Of a DNA stretch of 64,000 bases, positions 38,792 through 51,712 are shown in pieces (position 1 is the first letter of the stretch; each line of letters begins with the position of its first letter). A model generated the notes under the pieces. The model worked only from the letters and a program-made list of their open reading frames with translations, was not told the DNA's origin and did no database searches. The translations under genes and the position numbers were made by a program. Origin of the DNA: Octopus sinensis (lineage: Eukaryota). The stretch is from NCBI RefSeq assembly GCF_006345805.1, contig NC_043006.1, forward strand, positions 29,512,001 through 29,576,000, written 5' to 3'.

Positions 38792-39635
38792 TTAATCAAC
38801 AAACATTATTGTGAAAGTGTTGTCCATGGAGAACATTGGTCCCCTTTAAGAAATTATCAAATTATAAGTGATTGAAGCAAAGCATACATATAAAATTGTT
38901 TTAACCAAAACATCAATAACATGGCCCACTTTAGCAGCTTTGTGACACAACACATTGCAATGTAAAATAGAATGCAAATCAAAGAGATAATAATCTTTAT
39001 ATAAATAGAAAGATAAATAGCCTGCAATTTTGATTTTAATCTGGACACCTCAGCTATATCACAGCCTATCATTTACAGAGTTCCATCTGTGCTCTAACTC
39101 ACCATTAATTTCCAGTTTCTGTTTATCTGAAGAAATAACCAAAGATTGAGATCTTCCTTTTTGTTTTGCTTTTCAGGGCTAAATTTTCACAAATTCTCCA
39201 ATGTACATATCTTCATCAACACCTTGACTAAAAATGCAAAAACTGCAACACAATCGTAATGCCAGTACTTTCATCAGTGGCAATGGTATTTTCTGTTACA
39301 AGTCGAAGATATTTCTATGCTCTGCAATGGTTTATGTGAAAATAAAAATCTGTGAAGCCTTATTTGTGCACTTTTTACCAAATTGCCTTCTAAAAAGGCT
39401 TTGCTGAAATAGTTATTTTATTTGTAGCTATGTAACTTGCCTTGACTGCAGCATCTCTATGTTTATGCAGGCTTTTAAAAACTGACTGCAGCATTTCTAT
39501 AAGTGCATAGTTTAACAATGTTTTCTTGATGAGAGTCATAGAGTTGCTGTACATTATTCTCTTTAGCAACAGAAATATTTTGTTTATGAGTCAACGACTA
39601 TTGAAAAGGTTGCAAGACGCAATGAAAATAAATAA

Positions 39636-39835
39636 GCGCAGGAGTGGCTGTGTGGTAAGTAGCTTGCTTACCAACCACATGGTTCCAGGTTCAGTCCCAC
39701 TGCATGTCACCTTGGGCAAGTGTCTTCTCCTATAGCCTTGGGCTGACCAAAGCCTTGTGAGTGGATTTGGTAGAAGGAAACTGAAAGAAGCCCGTCGTAT
39801 ATATGTATATATGCGTGTGCGTGTGTGTCTGTGTA
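39636..39835 (+). mobile_element. SINE family 1 5' half
   Basis: Near-identical to 20156-20320. Confidence 0.9.
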
Positions 39836-40234
39836 TGTTGAGTTTTACACCAGGTTATTAGTCGCACAATGCCTAAATGAAATATATATATATATATACA
39901 TATATGTATGTCTGTGTGTGTATTTGTGTGTATGTGTGTATATGCATGCGAGTGTGTGTGCATGTGTGTGTGTGCATGCAAGTGTGTGTGTGTATATATA
40001 TAGGCAATTGAAAGCATATGGTAGTGCTCAAATGTTAAGAGAAGCCAGGCTTATAATATTTCTGTGTGACTGGGTTACATAGCCAAAACTTTTTGCATAT
40101 TCTATCTGCAAATTATGAATATTACGGCTATTATGCAACTCTGAGTTTCCTGAAACAGCTGCCAGGTTTAGAAATAATGTATTCATTTCTTAGTATTCTG
40201 TATTTTTTATGCTATATATATATATATATATATA

Positions 40235-40876
40235 TCATCATCATCATCATTTAACATCTATTGTCCATGGGTTTGATGGTTTCACTAGGGCTGACAACCT
40301 GGAAGGCTACACCAGTCTCCAGTCAGATTTGGCATGGTTTCTATGGCTGGATGCACTTCCTAATGCCAACCACTCTGAGAGTGTAATGGGTGCTTTTATG
40401 TGCCACTGGAATGGCTGCCATTTGCATAACACTGGTATCTACCATGACTGCAATTTTACTTGGCTTGCTGGGTATGATGGAAAATGTCTCAAGCATGACA
40501 TTATGTCAAAGGTCCCGGTCATTGCCTCCATGAAGTCTAACACTCGAAAGGTGCTTTTCACATGCCACTTTTCCTCCATAAGGCCCAATCCTTGAAAGGT
40601 GATTTTTATGTGTCACTAGCACAGGTGCCAGTTATGTGGCACTAGCATCAGCCATGACTACGATTTCACTTGGCTTCACTGGTTTTCTTAAACACAGCAT
40701 ATCACCAAAGGTCTCAGTCATCAGTCATTGTCTCTGTGAGCTCTAAAGTTCAAAGATCATACTTCATCACCTCATCCCATGTCTTCCTGGGTCTACCTCT
40801 ACCACAGGTTCCCTCCACAATTAGAGATTGGCACTTCTTTACACAGCTGTCCTTGTCCATATGCATTATATGACCA
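40235..40876 (-). mobile_element. RTE LINE 3' end
   Basis: GHIMHMDKDSCVKKC…VEGTCGRGRPRKTWDEV, 3' UTR and (GAT)n tail; homologous to 50200-50915. Confidence 0.9.
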
Positions 40877-40905
40877 GGAGCCAGTACCTGGTATTGAATC
40901 AGGGC

Positions 40906-40951
<46 letters not shown>

Positions 40952-40952
<1 letters not shown>

Positions 40953-41088
40953 GAAAACTCACAGCTTATTTTGCTGGGTATGATGGAAAGTGTCAGCTGT
41001 CCACGGCCAGCAGATTAAGGTGAAACTTGCTTAGTAGTCATGCTTCAAGAACCCTGCAAAGAATTTTTGCAGTTCCAAGTAATGCTGT
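40952..41088 (-). mobile_element. R4/Dong-like non-LTR element extreme 3' end within (TTA)n
   Basis: Minus strand TALLGTAKILCRVLEA* (stop at 41040-41038), a short UTR, then (TAA)n; a TTA-rich tract lies on both sides. Confidence 0.7.
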
Positions 41089-41429
41089 ATTACTATTATT
41101 GTTATCATTATTATTATTACTATACTTCCAGCTGGAAGGCTAGAACATTGATGGAAACTTGACAGGTATTCTTGTTATCAAAACTACTGTTTCCATTGAT
41201 ATTATTGTTTAAAAGAATTAAATAATATTTAGGGATTGAGCTCAAATATTAGCATTTGCAAAATGTTTACATGTTCACAAGCAAAAAATGGCATGGAGGG
41301 GTGTAACTTTCTAACACAAAACAAACCAATTTCTGGCAGTAGGAAAAGTCACAGAAATGAATTTTCACTGACAGACCAAACAATTTGGAGGACAAAATTA
41401 ATAATGAATCCAAAAGCATCACAGACCCT

Positions 41430-43345
41430 AAGGACAGCAACAAAATTAACCACAAAGAACAAAGAAGTAATACGACAGAGAAAAGTGACACAATAGAGAA
41501 CTCACAATCACTTGGTAGTCGAATAGACAACAAAAAAATGTAACTGCCAACTCCCCAAACAGAAATAATGCGGAAAATACTATAACTGATATCAACACAG
41601 AAAATAACAACTTCAACAACACGAAGCAGAGAAGCATAACAGAATGAATAGCAACAACAAAAACATTGATGAGAACACAATCAATTCCAACGTTAACACC
41701 AGCAATAGAGAGGCAGGTGTATTTGGAAGTAACAATAGCAGTAACAACATGAACAATTCCACCACCACCACCATCAAGAGTGAGAGTGGAACAAGTATTT
41801 TGGCAGCAGCAGCAGCTGTGAAATGCCAATAAAAGTACTATGAGACAGACATCTCCAACAAAAAGGAGATGTTAGCCCAGGCCCACAAACCCATAAAAAA
41901 GAGTAAAAACCTGGGTTAACCTTGCAATCCCAGCCAAAGTGGAGGCAGAAATTGAGAGGACAGTAAAGTATAGGTGCATCTCGGTGCAGTCTCAGAGAGC
42001 AGAACAACCCTCCCACCTTCAAGTGGAGATGGCACTGAGATCAATCAGAGAGGATGTCGAATTTATTCTAAGGGTTCTGTCCTTTTTAAAACAGAAAAGC
42101 TGGTCATGAAGCATTCGGTGGGACCACATAAAACTGAGCAGCGCATAATGTACCCATTCTACATAGGCAGAAAAATAATAAAAGTTTGAGTCCCCAGAAT
42201 AACACCAGGTATCATCATATGGTGGCTCGTGGGATGCATGATCATGGAAGGCAGCAACACCATTCTCTTATAAGTCCAACAGATGCAAAGAGAAGTCCGG
42301 GCTGGGATGGATTTGGAAATGCTAATCCAAATAAAACCACAAGACTTGGAGAACATCTCAGATCATGTCCCTCTCAAGGATGGGATGAAATTACCCTTAA
42401 TCACCAAAGGCAGAAGATCTCATTGCTTTGCTTGTGGAGAAAGCAAGACACCTACAAGAATCTTGTCTTAAGCAAATAAGTACAGGGGTCCAAAGACCTC
42501 CATTGACACCAACACCAAGGCTGGGAAAACAAAAAACAACACCAACTGTAGAAAGATCACAACAACAGGGAAAGCAGCAAAAATAGCAACGGCACCAACA
42601 GGAAAACCGTTGGAGAGGTCAACCACAAAAACCAACACCTCACAACCAAGCTCAACAACTTCCTCTCTCACAAACATACAAAAGATACACATACAAACAC
42701 AAATTCACTTCCCACAGAGAGGAGGTTGCAACAGATACTGGTTCTACCACATTGAAAAGTGATGATGAGGGGGAAGAGAGTAAATCCAAAAAACTACAGG
42801 CACACATTCCCACAACAAATGCAGACACTCAGACAACTGCTGCAGAAAAAAATCTCAAAAGGAAACTCACACCACAAACGCAACAAGAACAGCAAAAAAC
42901 AACAGAGGCAGCTAACTTTGTGATAGTAAGGAAGGCCAACAAAGAACTGATGGCCCTCATATTGCGAAGGGAAGACACTGAAAAAGGTGGGGGAAATCTT
43001 GGATTTAATGATGGTAAGGATGGATTTAGACACTCTGCAAACAATGAGGGATGCCTTTCCACATGATGTATGGATTTCTCAAGTAAATGACAATGCAAGG
43101 CTTCTACAAGGGTTCTCAAAGAAGCTGACCAACAGTATTGTGAGGCACTAGATAGAAGAACCGATTAAGTTACTTGGGGACTGGTTCAGTCCAGACCTTT
43201 TCCAAGTGGACAAGAACTGGGGTAGGTGACAAACTGGGTGACCAGTCTCACCCAGAAATGGGCTAAGAGGAAGCAGTCTCTGAAAGGTCAGGCAGAGGTG
43301 GCGAATGTGTACATTACATCCATCATATACTACCGCCTGACTGTC
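41430..43345 (+). mobile_element. Degraded Tx1/L1-like element: ORF1 (gag-like) joined to a short ORF2 piece
   Basis: N/T-rich N-terminus, CFACGE…HLQESC zinc knuckle across a frameshift (~42424-42467), then PIKLLGDWF…KWAKRKQSLKGQAEVANVYITSIIYYRLTV. Confidence 0.7.
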
Positions 43346-46224
43346 ATATCAATTAACACCACCAACAAATTTATCCAAACCTCATCTCTCCTTTATAAAG
43401 ATATACTGGCAATGTATTTAGTGACAATAAATCAATATTCTTCTAAATGAGGGAACAGGCAAAGCTGAATGAGTAAAATACCAAGATTAAATATATTGAA
43501 AATAGGTTAGTACCCAAGACTTTTGAGTTCAAATCCTACTAGAATTTGCTTCATTTTTCATCATTCCTGAATCAACTAACCAAGTATCACTAATTGGAGT
43601 CAATCACAGGAGTCGATCCAATTTACTATCCCCACCCCACCACCTCCAAATGCCAGTCAAATCAAAAGAAATCAATTTTCATGTAAATAAGGAAATGTTC
43701 TACAGGAATATCATGTAGATATTGGGATGTTGCAGGGAAAAATACAGGATTAAATTTATCTAAAATGTAAAAAGGAAGCATAATAAATAGGACTACAATC
43801 TATCAATAATAAACAACTTAATTTTTTAAAAATAATTTTCCAATAATAAAATTACTTAATTTAAAAAAGAAAAAAAAAATCCTCATAAATTATGATTTAT
43901 TAACCTTCATAGTTTTCTAATTCCAAATGGGTTCTAATCACATAAAAACAATTATAAAAGCTCAGGTAATCCTCAGCTATTTCCTAGGGAAAACACTCCT
44001 AAAACAGATTATGTTCTTGTATTTGGTATAAAGGAGTTGCATGGTATACTCTTTATCAAGTATCTATATATTTATATGCACATCATCACCACTACTACTA
44101 TGGCCATCACCAAAATAAGCCTCACTCTTAGTATTTATTCTGCAATGCTTTCAGTTTTCCCCGATTTCTTTTTACTTAGTTTTGCTTTTTTTTTTTGTTT
44201 TGTTTTTGTTTCCTATTTTAAATGAAAAATACTTTCAGATATTAATAATTGAGAAAAAGCTGGTTCTATTGTTGCCGTTGGTTTGTTAGTGTTGCTTCTT
44301 CTAATTTTTACCTCATTTATTTATTGATGCGCTCTTTGGTAATTCAATAATGGAAACAGCAACAGATATCTGTCCAGCATCAGAGCATGCTTGACTAGAA
44401 TATCAAGTGGAAGAAGGTTATGTTATTTTGCAGAAAAATAAAGAAAAAGAACAATAAAACAATCGTCTCAAAGTTAAGATCGCTATTCTGAACAGTCGAA
44501 ATTTACTTTTATTTGCACACACATGGAGACAGAATTATACGTACATAGATGTATGTATATGCATACGAACACACACACACACAAATAATTTGTATTTCTC
44601 TGGCAAAGAATAATGGTATTTAGTGCATGTCTCTACACTTTTAACGTTTAAATAGAATAGGAAAAATATATAAGATTTTTCTAATGTGCAGTAAGTACTG
44701 CCAAAATTCCAATGCTGGAATCTTCTTTTATTATTAATTACAAACTCCTTTACTGAAGTAATTTAAAGATTAAAAAAAATAATAAAACTTTTCCTATACA
44801 CCCATATACATGCACAGCTCACAGTTGTTACCAACCTGGAAACATTCAGAACAACAAAACAGATGTTAACATTATGATAATGAGGTAAAATTTCATTGAG
44901 TAAACTAGAATTAAGATTATAAAGTTCAATTAAAATAATCACTGCAAAGAAGCTGCACTAATGAAAAAGATTTGTGAAAACTTAAGAGTGGTGGAGGGTG
45001 TGCAATATAGAGGCTATAAAAATACTAGGAATAAGCTAGACGGAGAAGTTGGGAGAATACAGGGGAGTGAAATATATGAGGAAAGAAGAAAAAAAAGAAA
45101 GAAGAGAAAGAAAGATATGTAAGACAAGAAATATTGAAATAAATGCTTGCAAGAGAATGAAAAATTGTTCAGTAGAAATAAAAACAAAAAAAAAGTTTTT
45201 TATGATACAATAACTCACCCCCTACCAAGGAACTTATGATGGTCTCCTATGCTTATTTGATCTAAGATACCAGCTGTTTCAATGCCCAGCAGATGGTTAC
45301 AGATTATTCAAACAAAATTAACAAAAGTAATGAGTTTGAGAATTTGAGACTAGTGAATGAAAAAAAAAAAAAAAAAAATGGAAGAAAAGAGTTTTTAGCG
45401 GTGACCTACATTTTCAGAGTTATTTCTTTCAGACTGCAACAATGAAACTAAGTTCAATTAACAAATCAGTTTTGCTGCTAACTCATATAGTGAAGGGTTT
45501 TTTTTAAAACAAATAACAAAATGCAGGCCTCATGCTTAGCAAAAGACCATTTACTCAGGTCGTAACTTTCTATTCTCACCCACTTTTCAACTCTCTCTCT
45601 CTCTCTCCACCCTCACCATTTCAAGTGGAAGTTTGACAAACTTAATGACCAAATAGGAAAATGTCTGTCCTCAGTCCTTTTAGTTGCATCCACTAAACAG
45701 AACATCTTCTGCCCTCACCAAACAGAAGAAAACTGCTGCTGCTACCTGACCAAAGAAGGTGGTAGAAAAATATTTATAGACCTGGATGATAGCCACATCA
45801 GACCTGCATGAAACAGCAGCTGTTTGACAGTAATTCTCAGACACTGGACTGAGTGGATGTTGAATGACTTTGATTGCTCTTTATATGTCATTCAGGACTG
45901 GCTGATGACACTTCCAGACCTAAAAAATATATCTGGCTTCACTAGCACTGCCAGGAGAGAGTTTTCTGAAAGTCTGACAGACACTTAATTCTTGTGAATA
46001 CTCAGCGTCTCCATGAACATGTTCTCTTTCTCTTCCCAACCACTAGACCTCCTCTATAGAATGCTATTCTGCAACTTACATTAGTTGCATTGCCCAAATG
46101 GTGGAGGGGTGTGAGTACACAACAACATTTTAGATGTCAGACACCCAGACTTGAACTCTGCGTCACCCAATAATACTGACCTCCAACATATGTATTAGCC
46201 AGACACTTTCTGAGTAAACTTTCA

Positions 46225-46340
46225 AGTCAATTACATTCACCCCAATATTTGACTGGTACTATTTTATTTATCCCTGAGAGAGAAAAGAAAAAGCTAAGTT
46301 AACTCCAGCAGGATTTGAACTTAGAATGCGAAGGTATGAA
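46225..46340 (-). mobile_element. SINE family 2 fragment
   Basis: ccccaatatttgactggtactatttt…ccagcaggatttgaacttagaa. Confidence 0.55.
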
Positions 46341-47860
46341 TGCCAGTCATCCATAGCAGAAACTATTTTATGCATTATAGTATGAAAAACACCTCTTTGA
46401 TACATGTCATTCTGAAAATACATGCATTAATATGTAAATGTTAATAACCTGCTTCTTCATGCTAGATTTTAAAAAAGTAGCAATTGTAGATGAAGCCATA
46501 ACTCAGATATATTATTTGGTTTACAATCAAAGATTAAAATTATAATTTCCAATATCATAATTATTTCTAACTCTTGCAATAACTTTCAAGGATTTATTAA
46601 AAATTATTATCAGAGACAGACAATTTAGAATGATTTATATCAAATGGTGTATATATCATAATAGATTACATGTTTTATGGCTACATTTTTTATGGCTACC
46701 TTTCACATTTATTGAAGGAGGGGGTTTATAAATTATTTAAGTAAGTTTCTGCAAGTTTACAATATTTTACACATTTCTTAACATTCAAAACAAAAATCTT
46801 GTCATTTTAACAGACATTCACACAAGCATAGATACAATTTGAGATATTTCAAAATCAATATATAAAGATAGATGCAACAACACTTCATATTAACATAGAA
46901 AACTACTTGCTTAACAAACATGTGACTAGCAGTATATCAGCATCTCACAAGAGTGATGCAAATGTACATACAAACCCCAAACATACAATCAAATGGAACA
47001 TGTCTAGAACCATACACATGCAGGCATACATCACTTGTGTATAAATATGAACACAAAGGGAAAATTGCATGTCAAACAAAGCAACTAACTGCTATGTTGG
47101 CTTTGGACCAAACCTATATAATTAGTTTATCACTGTTATTGAACTAACAGAAAATAAGCTATTACAGAAACTGTTTATGTGTCTGAGAGAATTTTTAAAT
47201 AGTTTTAGCATTCTAAAGCAATGAAAGATATTACAAACCAATGTGATGGTATTAAATGATGATTTTAGCTCACAGAAAAGGACTTGGTTTTAAAGAGAAC
47301 CTATTATTCAATGGCCATTATATATACATATTTGGTATATAAGTAACTGCTACCTCCAGGTGGTCATGAAAATTGAGCAAGATTTTGTAGAAAGGAATAC
47401 AATTGAATCATTAACCATTATTCACAGATGATTTGAACTTAACCAAGCTAGGGATGATACTCATCAATTATTATGTCCTTGCTATCTGTGTTTGTGAGCT
47501 GAAGCCATCACAATATTGTGAACTAGGCAGGGTTTAGAACATAGCACTATACAATGCTAACCATCAACTATTTGGCCAATAGCCTAGTACCTTAATTGCT
47601 CAGCTCTCAGCAAGATAGACTCACAAAATTCTAGGTGGTAAAGCTCAAATCAAGAAATTTTTTTTGTGGTACTTAAATTAACCACTCAGATTTGTAGGAC
47701 AATACCTATATAACCTTTTAGGAGACTATGAGCTTACTTTTATGAATACAAAATCATAGAAATAAAGGAAGATACTGTCCTCATCCTCCTAATATCGGCA
47801 GCGGGAGGGGGGGGGGCACTGTCGCCACCACCACCACCACCACCACCACCACCACCACCT

Positions 47861-48160
47861 ATATTCTCTCTGATACACTGCTTTGCAATCCTGAACACCT
47901 CACACTGTAGAACATAGGCAAATCTCTTGCCCTCTGCTATTCCTTTTGCAATGCCTGATATAATTCTCTGCTTCCACCATTTTCCCAATCTTTCCAGGCC
48001 TGTCTCTGTTTTTATAGTGCTGTCTACCTCCTTGTTCCACCATCATGTCACCCTCAGCCTGGCTGGGACTTTGCACCAGCCATACATTTGGTCTGTAACT
48101 CTCAGTAGGTTGTCCCATGGGAGCTTCCAACTATCCTCTAAGTCACATGTCCCTGATTCC
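47861..48160 (-). mobile_element. RTE LINE internal fragment (between endonuclease and RT)
   Basis: RVT*WWNKEVDS…WKDW…AEGKRFAYVLQCEVFRIAKQCIREN across frameshifts. Confidence 0.7.
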
Positions 48161-48211
48161 TCCTCCCTCTTGTGAGAAACCTCTGTTAGAGTATATATAT
48201 ATATATATATT

Positions 48212-48390
48212 GTTAGCTACTACACACATTTTTTTTTTCTCTCCTTGTTTTTTTCTGTGTATCTTTCTATCAAAGAGTGTAGGCTCGAAATGTAAAAGAC
48301 TTTTTCTATTCCTGAGCGCTATACTAATACATCTGTTTGTTTGTACACCACCTGCCTTCGTCTTTTGTTTATTTTCGTAAACTTTCCCTT
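48212..48390 (+). mobile_element. ~180-bp dispersed repeat in (TA)n with a hammerhead-like motif (Penelope terminal-repeat-like), copy 1
   Basis: Reverse-complement homolog at 54279-54450. Contains cttt-ctatcaaa-gagtgtaggctc-gaaa-tgta-aaag. Confidence 0.75.
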
Positions 48391-48410
48391 TATATATATA
48401 TATATATGAA

Positions 48411-48552
48411 TTAAATTAAATGAGACAACAAAGCCAAGGCAGTGTGAAATGTCTAGGACATTTATAAAGAAAAAGTTGTAAGACTACCTTTCTCTTTAGA
48501 AATGTCCTAGACATTTCACATTGCCTTGGCTTTGTTGCCTAATTTTACTTAA
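48411..48552. repeat. Fold-back element H3
   Basis: Arms ~48411-48478 / ~48484-48552 (caacaaagccaaggca…/…tgccttggctttgttg). Each arm contains the inner palindrome gaaatgtc-NNN-gacattt. Confidence 0.9.
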
Positions 48553-49998
48553 CATACACATGCTCATACATGAGCCATATTAGATTCCTCACTCATATTA
48601 TTATCAAACCAGGAGTCTAACTGTGGTCCTTCCATAGCACTTACATAGCCTTACCTGCCATCATGGGTCTTCTGGATACCAAAACCTCTCATGTATATAT
48701 ATATATATCTGTTGATTCATCAGAAGTGATAAATTACAGGACTCAATACAAATGTAGAGCATTCTTTAATACAAGTGTAATTGAAAGGCATGAATTTCCA
48801 ATACTTTGAGTAATTCATTTCTGATTATCAACTCAGATTGCCAGTGATGAATGGAAATGAGTAACCCAGATTACTGGGAATTGGAGGGGGTGTCTGTGTG
48901 TGTGTGTGCGTGCATGCGTGTGTGTGTGTGTGTGCATGGAAGTGTTTGAGTCTCTCTAGATAGAGAGGAGGGATAATGTTAAGTGATGTGTGTTAATGGT
49001 GGCTAATTACAAATCAAGAAGACAGAAAATAAAAATTTAGGATTAAAACTTCCTATGATAACACTCTAGACATCTTTTGCTTTATTCTGGCCTCAACAAA
49101 GCACAGCTTCCTACTATTAGATGACTGAATCAATAAGTAAATTCGCAAGATTGTACAATTATTGATTTAGAAAAATAGAGTAATTTCAAGAATAAATAAT
49201 TGATATATGCCATCATCATGCAAAAGAACAGCTAAGTTAGAATTTTGACACATTTAAAGCAAAGGAAGGGTTGGAAAAAGTAATTAGAAATACTGAGTTG
49301 ATATAAAAAAAAAAGTTTTCCCCTCAAGGTTTTAGGGATGTTGTGGCTGTGAACCCCCATCAAGCAACACCACTAAAGTAGCCAATTATGTAAAAATATT
49401 TGATTGGACAATTTTAGTATTTTATACCCTATTTTTTTATTGCAGGGTTATAATGCCTTAATATTTAATACTAAGTTTTAGTTATAAGATTTAAGAGAAC
49501 CTCCATTTATGATAAAGTGTTTGATGAAAGAGGTTTGGTCACTCTACTGAGCAGGGTAACTATGTACCTGTTTATCAAAGATATATTTAATGTTGTTCTA
49601 AGTTTATGTTTAAGAAGATATAAAGGAATGTTTGTTTTGAAGTGAATCTTTCAGAAATAAAGTGAACAATAAACTTCAGTATACATTTTATACAAAGCAT
49701 AGCTAAGTTAGTAGATATTTCCAAACAAAACTTTAGCTTTTGAAGACAATTTGAATAACAGAAGCATCAAACCAATATATTCACTTGCATATAATAATAT
49801 ATAAACTAATATATAATGTCCATCAACTAAATTATTACCTTAGAGAATTGTCACCTCTGTTAGCATATAAGGAGCTCACTGCATACAAAGGATAGAAGCA
49901 TTTGTAAGAAGTATGATGATGTTTAGTAGAGAGATATGGACACTAAATGTAGTAGATGGAAGGAAGCCAGAAAGAAATAATATGACTTTAAACCATTG

Positions 49999-50034
<36 letters not shown>

Positions 50035-50035
<1 letters not shown>

Positions 50036-50915
50036 GGGGTATAACAGACGAGGACATGCATAGGCTTGAGAGAAATGAAGCGAGTATGCTTGGCTGGATG
50101 TGCAACGTTAGTGCACACGTTCAACAGAGTGTAAGCATCTTGAGTTAGGCATAAGAGGCATTAGATGTGGTATGCAAGAGAGACGACTGCACTGGTATGG
50201 TCATGTGATGCGTATGGACAAAGACAGCTGTGTAAAGAAGTGCTGATCTCTAACTGCAAAGGGAATCTGTGGTAGAGGTAGATCCAGGAAGACATGGGAC
50301 GAGGTGGTGAAGCATGATCTTCGAACTTTGAACCTTGCAGAGGCAATGACTAGTGACTGAGACCTTTGGCGATGTGCTCTACTTAAGAGGACTTGTCAAG
50401 CTAACTACACCTGTGCTGGTGGCACATAAAAAAAAATCAATCTTTGAACATTGAGCGAGGTGGCTGAGCTCCTTTCGAGTGTTGGGCCTCATGGAGGCAT
50501 TGTAGCTGAGTTCCTTTTGAGTGTTGGGCCTCACAGAGGTGAGGTAGCTGAGTTCCTTTTGAGCAGTGGGCCTCATGGAGGCAAAGTGGCTAAGTTCCTT
50601 TCGAGTGTTGGGCCTCAGGGAGGCAATGACCAAGACCTTTGGCATTATGTTGTGCTTGAGAAGATCTATCAAGCCAAGGAAAATTGCAGTCATGGCAAAT
50701 ATAGGTGTCATGCAAATGGCACTCATGCCAATGGCACATAAAAGCATGCATTACACTCTCAGAGTGGTCGGCATTAGGAAGGGCATCCAGCCATAGAAAA
50801 CCATGCCAAATCAGACTGGAGTCTGGTGCAGCCTTCCAGCATACCAGCCCAATCAAACTGTCCAACCCATGGACAGTTTGATTGGGCTGCAGCCGTTAAA
50901 TGATGATAATGATGA
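50035..50915 (+). mobile_element. RTE LINE 3' end with internal 42-bp tandem array
   Basis: EDMHRLERNEASML…RLHWYGHVMRM…GRGRSRKTWDEVVKHDL, UTR and (GAT)n. An older RTE scrap lies at ~49880-49995. Confidence 0.9.
50460..50627 (+). repeat. 42-bp minisatellite, 4 copies
   Basis: Units start at 50460, 50502, 50544 and 50586; unit ~GTRGCTGAGTTCCTTTCGAGTGTTGGGCCTCATGGAGGCAAA. Confidence 0.9.
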
Positions 50916-51519
50916 TATACATATATATATTAGATTTATCTGGAAAGCTGCTCAAAAGGTAGCTAAGTGACAAGATACTTGTAAAGTGGAACTGTTAACT
51001 GGGAAGAAGTGAAGTCTATTTTGGGCCTCACAGATAATATTAGACATAATAAAGATGAATTGTGATATGCTGCAATGCAGAACTACAACGAAGAGAACTT
51101 TGATAATGATGTTGCTTCTTCTATTGCCGTTGCTGCTTCTGCTGCTGCTGATGATGATGATGAAGTGCATGGAATTTTACTCATTAAGTTACTCTTTATA
51201 TCATATTTCATTTTGAGACATCTAATTGCTTATGTTATTGTCCAGTACAGAGACATCTGTTGCAAGGCTCATGGGTTTGTAGATAATGTAACACAATCAG
51301 CAAAACAAAAGAAAGTCACCAAGATTTATATGATAAAGATTTCCCATTATGGACCCCTTCAATGTTTTGCAAGATAACAATGCCTTGTTTAAGACATGCA
51401 ATGGTTTAAGATTTCTCATCTTGATTATATTGTTATCAATGATTTAACAACACTAATTTACTTTCTTGTACAAATATAATGAACCATATGGAAACCAGCA
51501 AATGTCAGAAACAAACAGT

Positions 51520-51520
<1 letters not shown>

Positions 51521-51588
<68 letters not shown>

Positions 51589-51659
51589 AACTACTACTAC
51601 AACTACTACTACTACCACTACAACTACTACTACTACTACTACTACTACTGCTACTACTG

Positions 51660-51711
<52 letters not shown>

Positions 51712-51712
51712 C
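51521..51712. repeat. Compound (CTG)n/(CTA)n trinucleotide microsatellite
   Basis: Seen directly; it generates the poly-S/Y/T/V ORFs. Confidence 0.95.

Noticed and set aside
45219-45273. Possible minus-strand mini-exon (GILDQISIGDHHKFLGR)
   Set aside because: Weak acceptor and a phase incompatible with exons B and C.
45700-46030. Possible very old LINE coding remnant on the minus strand
   Set aside because: Only faint resemblance, too degraded to support a call.
50379-50796. ORFs with 14-aa repeats; superficially CRISPR-like array
   Set aside because: This is a 42-bp head-to-tail minisatellite without unique spacers, inside an RTE UTR, in eukaryotic DNA.
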